Shown: positions 20,638-29,988 of the stretch, piece after piece
Layout of the letters: every line of letters begins with the position of its first letter
Position numbering within the stretch: position 1 is the stretch's first letter
Virus record (IMG/VR): IMGVR_UViG_3300027963_000035
Coordinates: 124,001 to 188,000 of that record
Length of the DNA: 64,000 nucleotides
Reading direction: 5' to 3' (one strand)
Program-made: the position numbers and the translations under genes
Notes under the pieces: model-generated
The model's database searches: none
Seen by the model: only the letters and a program-made list of their open reading frames with translations
Told to the model about the DNA's origin: nothing

Positions 20638-20696
20638 CAATCATTCAAAAAAACCGAAAACTTTTGCCTCTCGAACGGAAATTAAAAGGGAAGGTT

Positions 20697-22001
20697 TTAA
20701 GTCAAATCTTTCATCAATCGGGCTGCTTTATCGAAAGCAGCCACATTATTTTTTCGAAGAGCTACGAGTTGTTCCATCAAGTTAAAAACAGTGTCACCGA
20801 AAACAACATTCTCAGAAAGATTACTTAAAGTCTTTGGTTCATTACTCAAATTTTTAGCAATCGAATCCTGAATATCACTTCTGCTCCCGGAAGGAGTCTT
20901 TTTTGTTGACTTTTTATTGGGATCAAACTTATTCTCAATGAACGTAACCATAGACTTCAATACATCCTCAGATTCCATTGATTTTTTTACCCAATCACGA
21001 ACCGTTGGTGATTGAAGTTCAATATACTTGATCGATGAATCTGAGCTATCCATTCGCTTGGATACTATCCCATATTTTTGTCTGTTCAAAAAAAATACTT
21101 TGTCATACTCTCGCAAAATACCGTCAGATATATGCCCTGCACCTTCATCGCTATAGATATAGTCTTTGACTAAACTAAATCTATCATCTCCTTCTTTATT
21201 TTCACAAGTATTCCCATGAATGGACAAGTATAAATTAAAAGTCTTGTCTCTGATAGATTTGATCAGAGCGTCATCACTCAAAGATTTTTCGGCCATTTCC
21301 TTGTCGTGCTGGTCTTCTTGTTGGCCATTAGAATCCTTCTTTTTATTTTCACGTTTGTTTTTTGTGCGCTTAATGTACTTAATCTTATCCAAATTCACAA
21401 AGTAAAGTATATACTCTGCAACACTTTTCTTATTCTTTAGAATCCATTGATCAGCAGAAAGTTCCTCTGTTTCTTTCGACATATTAACCTTTCCTTTATT
21501 GTTTAGATTTAAATTGTTTAATCTACCGTTCATTGCATTATAAATAATGTCTTTAATCTTGTCAACATCTTTCAATAAAGAAAATTCTTTAGAATGTTTG
21601 GTGTTTACCTGGCGAGCATAATAAGGCTCGCCAGGGCCATTTCTTTTTTCAATTTCATAGTTTTCAATCACGTCATGCGAATATATCAAAGATCTATTGC
21701 ATGGGTCATTTAACACAATCTCCAAGCAGTTTTTCCTTATGGTTCTTCTTCCATAAAAATCAACAGTCTCATAAGGGAATTTATTTTTCCACTTTTCTAT
21801 TTTTCTTCTTTCAACTTCTATAAGAATATCCTTCTCGGATTCTGGATCGCTTACAATGAAATCCACTTTATTTACTCCATGTGGATGCCTCACAACATTG
21901 AGATTCATTTCCTTGCATATTCGTTTCAAGAATTCATGAAATCTTCTTTCCCCCACATTACCATATGCTAATCTTTTTTTGTTTATTTTTTTATTTCTCA
22001 T
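20697..22001 (-). CDS. protein with N-terminal PD-(D/E)xK-like nuclease domain
   Basis: G..GE..F...L, KVDFIV ... LIEVERR. Confidence 0.55.
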   Translation of the reverse strand: MRNKKINKKRLAYGNVGERRFHEFLKRICKEMNLNVVRHPHGVNKVDFIVSDPESEKDILIEVERRKIEKWKNKFPYETVDFYGRRTIRKNCLEIVLNDPCNRSLIYSHDVIENYEIEKRNGPGEPYYARQVNTKHSKEFSLLKDVDKIKDIIYNAMNGRLNNLNLNNKGKVNMSKETEELSADQWILKNKKSVAEYILYFVNLDKIKYIKRTKNKRENKKKDSNGQQEDQHDKEMAEKSLSDDALIKSIRDKTFNLYLSIHGNTCENKEGDDRFSLVKDYIYSDEGAGHISDGILREYDKVFFLNRQKYGIVSKRMDSSDSSIKYIELQSPTVRDWVKKSMESEDVLKSMVTFIENKFDPNKKSTKKTPSGSRSDIQDSIAKNLSNEPKTLSNLSENVVFGDTVFNLMEQLVALRKNNVAAFDKAARLMKDLT

Positions 22002-22048
22002 AACATATGAGAGTAAATTATCATAGATATTAGATACTGGAGAAACAT

Positions 22049-22142
22049 ATGCTATACGTTAAAACAAAATTAAATGAAAGCTGGGGAAGAGTTAACATAT
22101 GACTATAATGTATTCCAGCCTTCTCCTGATGGGGAATTGTAA
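22049..22142 (+). pseudogene. internally deleted SET-domain gene remnant
   Basis: GGAGA RBS then MLYVKTKLNES, joined out of frame to KAGEELTYDYN (SET C-terminal signature). Confidence 0.55.
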
Positions 22143-22516
22143 AAAACCCTACAGTATCTCAAAAATTATACCCGCCGGATTTTTTTAGAAACCGTTTTTA
22201 GAAAATTATAGGTTTAGTGGGGCGGGTTTAAAGTTAACTCTCATATACTTTGAAAAAATATAGAAACCCCCTTTAAAGTTCATTAAAAAGTTCATGGGTT
22301 GGGAAAAAGAAATATAAAGGGAAAAGAAAAAGGGCGTAATGGCGTTGAACCGGTACCCGTACCAAACCCTACCCCCAGGGTTTTTCAGTTTTAGTTTTTC
22401 AGTTTTTAACTTTGTAAAAATATACCGTACCGAAAACTGTTTTCATTTTTCAAAGAACCGTACCGGATTCTTTCTCACATACCACGAATCCGTACCAGAA
22501 TCCTACCCGCCAGTAA

Positions 22517-22548
22517 TAAGGGGGGAGAGTTTAGCCCCTCCCCCCTTA
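22517..22548 (-). terminator. GC-rich hairpin after gene 22555..23028
   Basis: taaggggggag ... ctcccccctta inverted repeat. Confidence 0.6.
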
Positions 22549-22554
22549 GACAAC

Positions 22555-23028
22555 CTAGACTATCTGCCAATCGCAGACTACCTTGGTTGCCCCCTTGCAA
22601 CTTTGCTTGGGGAGTTGTTTCACCAACTCCCGCTTCACGTTCTCGACGCCCTCTTTGACTTCTGTGACACGATCAAGGATAGACCCTACCGCAGACTCCC
22701 CCTTGACCAACGCCGTTCTAATGCAATCTACGAGCACCCCAGTGGCAAGTGGGCCAGTCTTACGCATGGCAACCAGATCACTACGGGTGATAGTCTCTCC
22801 CTTATCCATGCGACTGATAAGGCTATCCCAAGCAGCACTAGCGGTTTCCTGCCACAGAGCCACCGATTCCAGCCAAGGGATGCTAGTGGTAGCGTCCCTT
22901 TCATAATCGTCGCCAACCTTGACCGTTCCACTGACCCGAACCGTGAAATCAACCGTATGATCCCCAACCGGAATGTTATCCCGGTCGAACTTCACTTTGC
23001 TCAGAGCCAGCATTTGAATGTCGTTCAT
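22555..23028 (-). CDS. hypothetical protein
   Basis: 157 aa, GGAG RBS, promoter motif at about 23070. Confidence 0.75.
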   Translation of the reverse strand: MNDIQMLALSKVKFDRDNIPVGDHTVDFTVRVSGTVKVGDDYERDATTSIPWLESVALWQETASAAWDSLISRMDKGETITRSDLVAMRKTGPLATGVLVDCIRTALVKGESAVGSILDRVTEVKEGVENVKRELVKQLPKQSCKGATKVVCDWQIV

Positions 23029-23085
23029 CTTCTAAACTCCAGAGGGTTGAAGGTTCCTTACACTCAGTAATCGTACCAGATACTA

Positions 23086-23271
23086 TCACCCTGCCATCTT
23101 GATTAGACACTTCAAGGACAGACCATAAAGAAACATCCCCGCACCCGATTCGGGATCAATACCACAAGAAACCATGCTGGCTTCTAATGCGTCTTGGATC
23201 ATTCTCTCTGAAGGATACTTTTTACCCTTCAAGAAGTCTTTGGCCTTAATGGCAATCTCAACAGGAGTCAT
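23086..23271 (-). CDS. hypothetical protein
   Basis: Start MTPVEIA after GGAGA; motif at 23307. Confidence 0.6.
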   Translation of the reverse strand: MTPVEIAIKAKDFLKGKKYPSERMIQDALEASMVSCGIDPESGAGMFLYGLSLKCLIKMAG

Positions 23272-23475
23272 CTGTTTTCTCCAGAGGTTGAAGTTCCTTA
23301 CACTCAACCGTACCAGATTAGAACTTTTCCCGGCGGGTTGCCTTGTTAGCGACCCGCTTGCCAAACTTGCGAAGATGCTTGCAATAACTCATTCCAACCG
23401 CCTTGCCAGCACAACGAGTCTTACGCATTTGAAACTTCCTTTTGGTTAAGGTTACAAACATTAACCGTACCAGAA

Positions 23476-23511
23476 GGAGAGGGGGGAGTTTTTTGTTTCT
23501 CCCCCCTCTCC
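23476..23511 (-). terminator. GC-rich hairpin after HTH paralog
   Basis: ggagaggggggag / ctcccccctctcc. Confidence 0.65.
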
Positions 23512-23516
23512 CCTTT

Positions 23517-23762
23517 TCACTTCCAACCCTTCATTTCCTTGTTGGCAGCGGCCACGATACTTGCCTTGTTCCGGCGAGACTTCAACTCTTTCTTAGTCTT
23601 GGGAACACAAGCACCGTTCTGACGGAGATACTTGAGACGGAGGCAAACCGCTGCCGGAGTGATTCCCAACTCCTTAGCAACACTGGTTTGGTTCCCACCA
23701 TTGTTGAGATGCCGCATGATGACATTGACGAACGTTTCAACGCTAACAGTCTGACGCTTCAT
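23517..23762 (-). CDS. small sigma-region-4-like HTH protein (paralog 1)
   Basis: VSVETFV..GGNQTSVAKELGITPAAVCLRLKYLR; motif at 23811. Confidence 0.75.
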   Translation of the reverse strand: MKRQTVSVETFVNVIMRHLNNGGNQTSVAKELGITPAAVCLRLKYLRQNGACVPKTKKELKSRRNKASIVAAANKEMKGWK

Positions 23763-23935
23763 GGTTTTGGTTCCTTATGGTTATGGTTATGGTTCAATCA
23801 ACGATAATCTACCGTACTAGTTTTCTTCTTCCGTTGGATCATAGTTACATTCATCCTCTGCATCTTCATTGTCATAACTTGGATCGTCAATCCAAGGCCA
23901 GAGGACTGTTTCTTGCATCATATCAAAGTCATCCA

Positions 23936-24124
23936 TTAGACTCTCCTTTGAGTGTTGGGTTCACAACCATCCACCGTACTGAATACTTCAACAGCGACCA
24001 GATGGGGAAGGTATCCTTTCAGAATCTCTTTGAACTCAACCTTGCCGAACTTTTCGACCGCCTCTTTATGAGTCAAGACTATTGTTTTACCCGTGTCACA
24101 ACAGGTTACTTCATACTTCTTCAT
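23936..24124 (-). CDS. hypothetical protein
   Basis: RBS and motif at 24157; reads through the motif at 23973. Confidence 0.6.
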   Translation of the reverse strand: MKKYEVTCCDTGKTIVLTHKEAVEKFGKVEFKEILKGYLPHLVAVEVFSTVDGCEPNTQRRV

Positions 24125-24171
24125 GATGAAACTCCCAGAGTTATCGGCAAGAGTTTACCGTACCGAAAGCC

Positions 24172-24384
24172 TCAGATGACCCCCTCCAAGTAGGATTCAA
24201 ACTGGACAAGCAGTTCAATCTTATTATTCTTAGGCTTGATTCCCTTTTCCTGAAGGATTCTTTTCACAATCTGGCTGACGTTGAACCTTGAGTGCTTGAG
24301 TCCCTTAGTCTCCAACTTCAATGCACTCTTGAGACTGAGCAGACGATACTTTTCAACATTCAGGCCAGTGATAACGGTAGTCAT
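24172..24384 (-). CDS. hypothetical protein
   Basis: Start MTTVITG after GAGGA; motif at 24418. Confidence 0.65.
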   Translation of the reverse strand: MTTVITGLNVEKYRLLSLKSALKLETKGLKHSRFNVSQIVKRILQEKGIKPKNNKIELLVQFESYLEGVI

Positions 24385-24434
24385 TTTTAGTCCTCTTTGT
24401 TGATGGAACAAGAGTTTACCGTACCTGATTCATT

Positions 24435-24656
24435 TCAACCAAGATAACGATACTTAGCGTCCTCAACCTTTTCATCAATATTGTAGACGGTCAAACCGAT
24501 GATGTTATGGTCGTTCCACAAAGTTTCAAAAAGATGACTAATCTTTTTGCGGTCAGTATTCTTGATATAACCCTTTTTACCGTCCTTGAACATGATCTCC
24601 AGAATATAACCACTGACCCAAGACAAACCATCGAACCACTTGATGTTCTTGAACAT
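24435..24656 (-). CDS. hypothetical protein
   Basis: Start MFKNIK after AAGGA; motif at 24694. Confidence 0.6.
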   Translation of the reverse strand: MFKNIKWFDGLSWVSGYILEIMFKDGKKGYIKNTDRKKISHLFETLWNDHNIIGLTVYNIDEKVEDAKYRYLG

Positions 24657-24691
24657 TGTTTTTTCCTTTGGGCTAGGGTTAAGACAAGAGT

Positions 24692-24901
24692 TTACCGTAC
24701 TGGATTCCAAAGATTATCTTCCCTGAGTTCCTTACGGAGCAGGGTTGCTTCCTCCAGCAACTTCCTCTGTTCAATGAGGAAGTTCTTTACTGCGGAGTCA
24801 TACTCCCCACTATTTTGGGTATCCAGAATATTCTTCTTAGTCTCCCAAATAAGAGTGCTAAGAGCCCGGTCGATGATGTTTTTTTGCTCTGGGGTCATCA
24901 C
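24692..24901 (-). CDS. hypothetical protein
   Basis: AGGAG RBS, motif at 24922; ends VR-stop inside the next motif. Confidence 0.6.
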   Translation of the reverse strand: MMTPEQKNIIDRALSTLIWETKKNILDTQNSGEYDSAVKNFLIEQRKLLEEATLLRKELREDNLWNPVR

Positions 24902-25219
24902 TTTTCTCCTTTTGGTTTTTTACCGTACCAAAAACATAAAGTTTAACCCTAGATTTAACTAGGGTTGTTGCTTTTAACACTAGCCAGTTCACCGTATAGG
25001 TTAACTGCAAGATACAGTGCTTCTCTCTTGTTAGCAGCCCATACATACCCGACAACGCCGACTCGCCAGTAAACTTCCCATTCAGTAAGCATGGTATTGG
25101 CTCCGTGGTTAATGGTTCACACCCAATCTACGTACCAAAAACTAAAAAGAAAAATCCCCCGATCATAATGAAAACTCTACGCTTAGCGTGGAATCACCAA
25201 TATGATCGGGGGAGAGTCT

Positions 25220-25624
25220 TTATTCTGCCCCTAGTGCCACTTTCACGGCATTGACCATTTGACCATAGAAACTACCGGCAAAGTTGCCCCCACACATTTC
25301 TGCTAGTTCCCGCTGAAATGCGGTTGGGGTCATTCCGCCCTTACGATTACCCTCTCTGTAGACCGTAGCCTTAGCCTTTACTTTCACAAAGTCCAGTTTG
25401 TGATTCTGACGCTCTACGGTGCGATCTGGAGCCGTAATACTAAAAGTGCCTCTTCCGGCCCGATTAGTATAAACAACCCGCCAGACTTGATCCTCGCTCG
25501 CCTTGGAGTGTCGGATGGTTCCCTTTACCATCAAGCCACCAACACGGCGAAACTCTGTGCCGTTTTCTGTCTCAAAAGGATAGAACTTGATTGGCTTGGG
25601 TTCATCAACGATTTGCCACGGCAT
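25220..25624 (-). CDS. hypothetical protein
   Basis: 134 aa, AAGGA RBS, motif at 25661, long hairpin downstream (25155-25213). Confidence 0.7.
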   Translation of the reverse strand: MPWQIVDEPKPIKFYPFETENGTEFRRVGGLMVKGTIRHSKASEDQVWRVVYTNRAGRGTFSITAPDRTVERQNHKLDFVKVKAKATVYREGNRKGGMTPTAFQRELAEMCGGNFAGSFYGQMVNAVKVALGAE

Positions 25625-25691
25625 TGTCTGATTCCTTAGTGGTGTTGGTTACAACTATAACCCGTACTAGATACTATCCCCGTAGGGATCA

Positions 25692-25907
25692 TCAACCCGT
25701 GATGACACTCAGCACTTCATCGTTGAGCGGGTTGATTACCGGATCGAACTCGACCGGAACTTCAACTTCACGCTGATTCTGGATGATGTTGACAATCGCA
25801 TTGACCAGAACCCGCTCGTTGACAGTGTAGTGACCCCGATTGTGAATCTCCTTTGAGGCTTCCATGTCCTTGAGCAACTTCAGGCGACGAGTCTTAGTAA
25901 CTTTCAT
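25692..25907 (-). CDS. hypothetical protein
   Basis: AGGAG RBS, motif at about 25943. Confidence 0.65.
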   Translation of the reverse strand: MKVTKTRRLKLLKDMEASKEIHNRGHYTVNERVLVNAIVNIIQNQREVEVPVEFDPVINPLNDEVLSVITG

Positions 25908-25955
25908 CTCTAACTCCTGAGAAGTGGAGGGAACAACACTAACCCGTACCGGATT

Positions 25956-26234
25956 CTAGTCATGCCTCTTGATTCGATAGTTCATGCCGCCCTCGACCAG
26001 CAGATTCCATCCGTAGGAATCCAATGAATCAATCAACTCCTCAAATACAAGACGATCCGGCAGGAGTGATAACATGATCTTCGGTCCATTGACCTTGCCG
26101 ATGAGCCAGTGTACCGCCCGTTCACGGTCGAATGCCGCCACCCTTTCGGGGTCGAACCGATGGATGAAGGTGCATGGGAACGGCTCTTCTCCGAACCGCT
26201 GAACCAGATCATCAATAGTGGTTTCTAACGCCAT
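25956..26234 (-). CDS. hypothetical protein
   Basis: AAGGA RBS, motif at 26266. Confidence 0.65.
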   Translation of the reverse strand: MALETTIDDLVQRFGEEPFPCTFIHRFDPERVAAFDRERAVHWLIGKVNGPKIMLSLLPDRLVFEELIDSLDSYGWNLLVEGGMNYRIKRHD

Positions 26235-26278
26235 GATTTCCTTTCGTTTCGGGTAACAACTCCCGACCGTACCGGATT

Positions 26279-26479
26279 CTAGTTGATTTCTAGAATATCT
26301 ACCCTCAAACCATCCTTATGGTAACTCTCACCCCTAGAATATCGGGGGAGGGTTGAATGAGTTACTGACGGGTCAAACTTAATAATCCAATCGTCCGCAC
26401 AACCCACTGCATCATAGTAGTTGTCGAAACTGGTAACACTCTCAGGAACACTGTCACGAATGACCATTGCAAGCCACAT
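26279..26479 (-). CDS. hypothetical protein
   Basis: AGGAG RBS, motif at 26502. Confidence 0.65.
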   Translation of the reverse strand: MWLAMVIRDSVPESVTSFDNYYDAVGCADDWIIKFDPSVTHSTLPRYSRGESYHKDGLRVDILEIN

Positions 26480-26515
26480 TTGGATTCTCCTTTGAAGTTT
26501 TACCGTACCAAATCT

Positions 26516-26722
26516 TTATGATTTGAACTGTCGGTCTTTGCTCATAATCCTGTTAACGGCAGCCCAACTCCACTGAAAACTCTTTGGGCCGTTCAACTGA
26601 GCCACAGTAGGAAACTTCTCAAGGAAGCCCACGATTTTAGCGGGCTCCCCATCAAGCCAGCAAGCATTGTCGTTCTTCCACTGTTCAACAGCAAACTCAT
26701 GATCCTCGATTGTGCTTCTCAT
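26516..26722 (-). CDS. hypothetical protein
   Basis: AGGA RBS, motif at 26769. Confidence 0.65.
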   Translation of the reverse strand: MRSTIEDHEFAVEQWKNDNACWLDGEPAKIVGFLEKFPTVAQLNGPKSFQWSWAAVNRIMSKDRQFKS

Positions 26723-26780
26723 TTTTAATCCTAGTTATTAAAAGTAAAAGTAAGGCTCACAAGTCTTTACCGTACCAAAA

Positions 26781-26827
26781 TCGACCGCTAGGATTGAACC
26801 TAGTGAATCCCCAAACGGGACGGTCGA
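26781..26827 (-). ncRNA. truncated tRNA-like element (acceptor stem, one hairpin, T arm)
   Basis: TCGACCG TCCC GTTTG GGGA TTCA CTAGG TTCAAT CCTAG CGGTCGA. Confidence 0.45.
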
Positions 26828-26990
26828 AGATTGTTTAGCGTGGGTTGTTATTATCAATGATAATAGAAATAATACCGCTACACAATCCAAGGAAGCACAT
26901 CATTTGAAGACTCTTCAGGTATTCACAACCAGTCAGATTCCCGGCTTCGACCAGGAACCAGAAACCGTACCCATGGGAAACCCCGTGGGC

Positions 26991-27026
26991 CTCACCCCCC
27001 GGCCTATTGTTTGGCCGGGGGGTGAG
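26991..27026 (-). terminator. 14-bp GC hairpin after HTH paralog
   Basis: ctcaccccccggcc / ggccggggggtgag. Confidence 0.65.
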
Positions 27027-27037
27027 TGTGACTAACT

Positions 27038-27298
27038 TCAGAGCATCTCGACGCCAAGGCTGGCGAGAATCTCCGTCGCACGCTCCTTGGTATTGCTGGT
27101 GCGACCACCACCCTCAAACTTCGGGATATTCAGCCCGTGCTTCTTCCGCAACTGGCTCAGACGCACCGACACCGAACCCGGAACGATGCCCAACTTGCTT
27201 GCAACGTCCTCGACGCTGCCACCAGCCCGCTGCACTTCGATAACCGTGGTGAGAAACGTCTCAAGATCAACACCCTTCTGACCAACTTGGCGACCCAT
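27038..27298 (-). CDS. small sigma-region-4-like HTH protein (paralog 2)
   Basis: MGRQVGQKG..GGSVEDVASKLGIVPGSVSVRLSQLRKK; AGGAG RBS; motif at 27377. Confidence 0.8.
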   Translation of the reverse strand: MGRQVGQKGVDLETFLTTVIEVQRAGGSVEDVASKLGIVPGSVSVRLSQLRKKHGLNIPKFEGGGRTSNTKERATEILASLGVEML

Positions 27299-27396
27299 AG
27301 TAATCATCTCCTGCTTATAGTTACCAACCCTTTGGTTCCCGCTTGCCTCATTGGCTTGCTGTCGGAACAAACCCTAACCGTACCGAATCTTATCCT

Positions 27397-27660
27397 TTAC
27401 CGATTATGACAACGGAAACCGTCTCTCCGTGTCATATTTGCTTCAATCTCCCTAAAAAGATCCCTCATAGCCAGATAGTTCTTAAACTCTGGCTCCTTTT
27501 CAAACTGTGTAGCGGCTTCGATAAGGCTTGAAACCGGCTTCACAGTCTCCCTTGCGTAATAATCTTCAAGGAAACCAAGAGTGTATCGGTCAAGACCACT
27601 ACTGGTTTTTGTATCGTCTGGCATTTTTTCTCTCCAGAAACCGTAAAAACTGTTTTCCAT
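27397..27660 (-). CDS. hypothetical protein (predicted leaderless)
   Basis: ATG 8 nt after TACGGA. Confidence 0.65.
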   Translation of the reverse strand: MENSFYGFWREKMPDDTKTSSGLDRYTLGFLEDYYARETVKPVSSLIEAATQFEKEPEFKNYLAMRDLFREIEANMTRRDGFRCHNR

Positions 27661-27871
27661 ATCTCTGCTCCGTACTAAAAACTAATCTTCGGGGTGAGGG
27701 CCGGGAACACCGTTGAAAAACGGGTTTGGCATCCAAACATCATAATCAGTTAAAATCCATTGACGTTCTGGATGTTCGGCCCCAACATGAAGTGCGTATT
27801 CCCGCATTGCATCAATAGGTTTTGCAAGTTCATCTGGCATCAATCGTCTCCTTTTTTATTGGAACGATAGT

Positions 27872-28078
27872 CTACCGTACCGAAAAGTCACTCTCACACC
27901 AGCCCATAGCCTCCGCCATGTCCTTCTTTATTCCCGGGATCGTCCAAACATTGGCTTCCTGCCTTGATGCTTGCCAACCCTTGAAGGGAACATATCGGAG
28001 TTGATACACAATATCTCCCTCTTTTGCTTCGTAATACGGCTTTGTATTATACCGATTCTTTTTCTTTTGCCAAAGCAT
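27872..28078 (-). CDS. hypothetical protein
   Basis: GAGGAG RBS; ends SVR-stop inside the motif. Confidence 0.6.
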   Translation of the reverse strand: MLWQKKKNRYNTKPYYEAKEGDIVYQLRYVPFKGWQASRQEANVWTIPGIKKDMAEAMGWCESDFSVR

Positions 28079-28123
28079 TGTTATTCTCCTCTGGTTGATA
28101 ACTGTACCTGATCTTACCTGATC

Positions 28124-28444
28124 TTACCTCTTGTAGAGATAACTACCATAGGGATCACAAACTTCGACCAACCTTTGAATATCGTTCACAACATTAAATC
28201 TTGCTCCATTTTTGGCCGGAGCCTTCCAACTTGCTGCCTTATAAATATCCCCATTTTCGTCTATAAAGGCATGGACACTTTTGTTAGCACCCCACAGCGG
28301 TTCCCCGTTACTATCCAGCCAACGCTCTTGACGAACCACTCTAGTATACTTTCGCCCCGGTTCAAGAATGTATTTAGTCTCAGCCCCAGTGGTGTTAGAC
28401 TTCTCAGTCAAAGCAGCGAGCCAAAGTTCGACTTGTTCTTGCAT
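28124..28444 (-). CDS. conserved phage protein
   Basis: GRKY..V...SVHAFID..GD.YKAASWKAPAK pattern common in large phages. Confidence 0.75.
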   Translation of the reverse strand: MQEQVELWLAALTEKSNTTGAETKYILEPGRKYTRVVRQERWLDSNGEPLWGANKSVHAFIDENGDIYKAASWKAPAKNGARFNVVNDIQRLVEVCDPYGSYLYKR

Positions 28445-28476
28445 TGTTATTTCTCCTCTGTTGCCTATTCACCGTA

Positions 28477-28785
28477 CTAAATCAGATTCCGGCCCTTCAG
28501 CCATTCATAGACAACACCGCTGGCGTTGTTGATCTTCATATTATCATTCTGGCAGTCGTTAATAAGGTTGATTAACAATACCCTATTGATATTAACGCCC
28601 TTAACGGGAAGATGCCACCAATCCCCAATATCACAAAACTCCAGTCTAAGGTATTCTAATACCTTGTCCCGATAGTTTTTCCTTGAGGCAAGATCGTGTT
28701 TATTGTATCCCTTGTGGGCGTCGTGACCCTTCACGTTCTTAGTCCCCCACCAATCTTCATAGAATCCATCGTAGAAGTCGTTCAT
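28477..28785 (-). CDS. hypothetical protein
   Basis: AGGAG RBS; TAG stop overlaps the motif at 28471. Confidence 0.65.
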   Translation of the reverse strand: MNDFYDGFYEDWWGTKNVKGHDAHKGYNKHDLASRKNYRDKVLEYLRLEFCDIGDWWHLPVKGVNINRVLLINLINDCQNDNMKINNASGVVYEWLKGRNLI

Positions 28786-28812
28786 TGTGTTTCTCCTTGA
28801 TGATTGATCGTA

Positions 28813-29025
28813 CTAGAAAAGTTCTCTATAGCCGGGGAACTCGTCAATATATCCCACCTGCCATTCAGTACCATCCTCAGCAATCATGGTTTTAATCTTA
28901 GAGGTTGGCTTGTAAAGTGCATTGACCAAAGTATCAATCGCCCAAAAGAAACTCGCTACGATCACAACCATACCAACAAGACTAGTCAGATACATACCGA
29001 TGATGAAAATGTCTGTTGTTGTCAT
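28813..29025 (-). CDS. small membrane protein
   Basis: N-terminal TM helix; motif at 29062. Confidence 0.6.
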   Translation of the reverse strand: MTTTDIFIIGMYLTSLVGMVVIVASFFWAIDTLVNALYKPTSKIKTMIAEDGTEWQVGYIDEFPGYRELF

Positions 29026-29059
29026 CTTTATTACTCTTTAGTGATGTTAGGACAAATCT

Positions 29060-29242
29060 TTACCGTACCAAAATCTGACGGAGTTCATCAGAGAGAGTTT
29101 TTTCTCGCTCCAGAGTTTCAACAATACTACCCAGCCTCATGCTAATGAAGTTGAGAGTATCAGGCTCAACCATACCCTGACTATTCAGGGGAGCAGTATC
29201 CACAAAAATCCTGAGCATCTTGAGAGTATCAATGGTATCCAT
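29060..29242 (-). CDS. hypothetical protein
   Basis: AAGGA RBS; ends LVR-stop in the motif. Confidence 0.55.
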   Translation of the reverse strand: MDTIDTLKMLRIFVDTAPLNSQGMVEPDTLNFISMRLGSIVETLEREKTLSDELRQILVR

Positions 29243-29575
29243 TAGTTCAATCCTTTAGCGACAGAAATAAAGAGGAATATAGATAAAAAGATAACTAGTC
29301 CAGAAAATCAAGAAAGCCAAAATGCCTAGACCACTAACCATACCAAACGTGTCAACATCATCTGGATGTTCACCAAACAGATTGTAGCAAATCCAGTTTT
29401 TCATTGTGAAAACTTTCCTGCGAGAAATCCAAGACAAAATACAATATTCAGAATCGGTAGAATGAACACAAAAAAGATAAAACAAGCACGATACATTTTC
29501 TTTTCCTTAGAAGTATCCATACTGGTCTAACGTCCAGTGGCGTTTTTGACTTCCACCGCTTATAGGATACCTGTA

Positions 29576-29749
29576 CTAGAAACTTTCAAATGCGTCCCAG
29601 AATCCCACCTTATTGCCGTTAGAGTCTTTGAGAACCCCATCATCCCCTGCTTTAATGTTAGAGGGGATTTGAGTTAGAATCTCACCCAGTTCGTTGGGGT
29701 TATCATTAAAACTAGCGTTGTCCATGTTCACTTCAATAATGATTTTCAT
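29576..29749 (-). CDS. hypothetical protein (predicted leaderless)
   Basis: MKIIIEVNMDNASF..DSNGNKVG, 57 aa, ATG 8 nt after TACGGT at 29758; below ORF-track cutoff. Confidence 0.6.
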   Translation of the reverse strand: MKIIIEVNMDNASFNDNPNELGEILTQIPSNIKAGDDGVLKDSNGNKVGFWDAFESF

Positions 29750-29763
29750 ATTTATTCACCGTA

Positions 29764-29988
29764 CTAAAAAGGATAATCTTCGGGCCACTCTTGACTCTGA
29801 CTATATATTTCCATTTCATCATAGTGGGCATTGAGTTCTGGATCATTAGTAAGTTCAACATAATGACCCCGTTCACAAACGATGTTACGCTTCTCCAGAA
29901 TCTTATAGATGATTCTTTCGGCGTTAGTAAGATCGGCAACGCTAATGCCGATGATAGCCCGTGCGATTTGTTCCAGTTCAGTGTTCAT
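29764..29988 (-). CDS. hypothetical protein
   Basis: AGGAG RBS, motif at 30013. Confidence 0.65.
   Translation of the reverse strand: MNTELEQIARAIIGISVADLTNAERIIYKILEKRNIVCERGHYVELTNDPELNAHYDEMEIYSQSQEWPEDYPF

Larger units (their letters stand above)
18297..20687 (+). repeat. dispersed ~34-bp direct repeat, 4 copies (18297-18330, 19192-19225, 19434-19467, 20654-20687)
   Basis: Consensus CGAAAA-N6-YCTYTCGAAYGGAAAT(T/A)AA, same orientation, irregular spacing. Confidence 0.85.

Noticed and set aside
18297-20687. 34-bp repeats as a mini CRISPR array
   Set aside because: Intervals are about 240-1220 bp and contain genes
22339-23070. 243-aa plus-strand ORF and other plus-strand ORFs across 22-39 kb
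   Set aside because: Antisense shadows of minus-strand genes that have an RBS and promoter motif; no recognisable protein motifs
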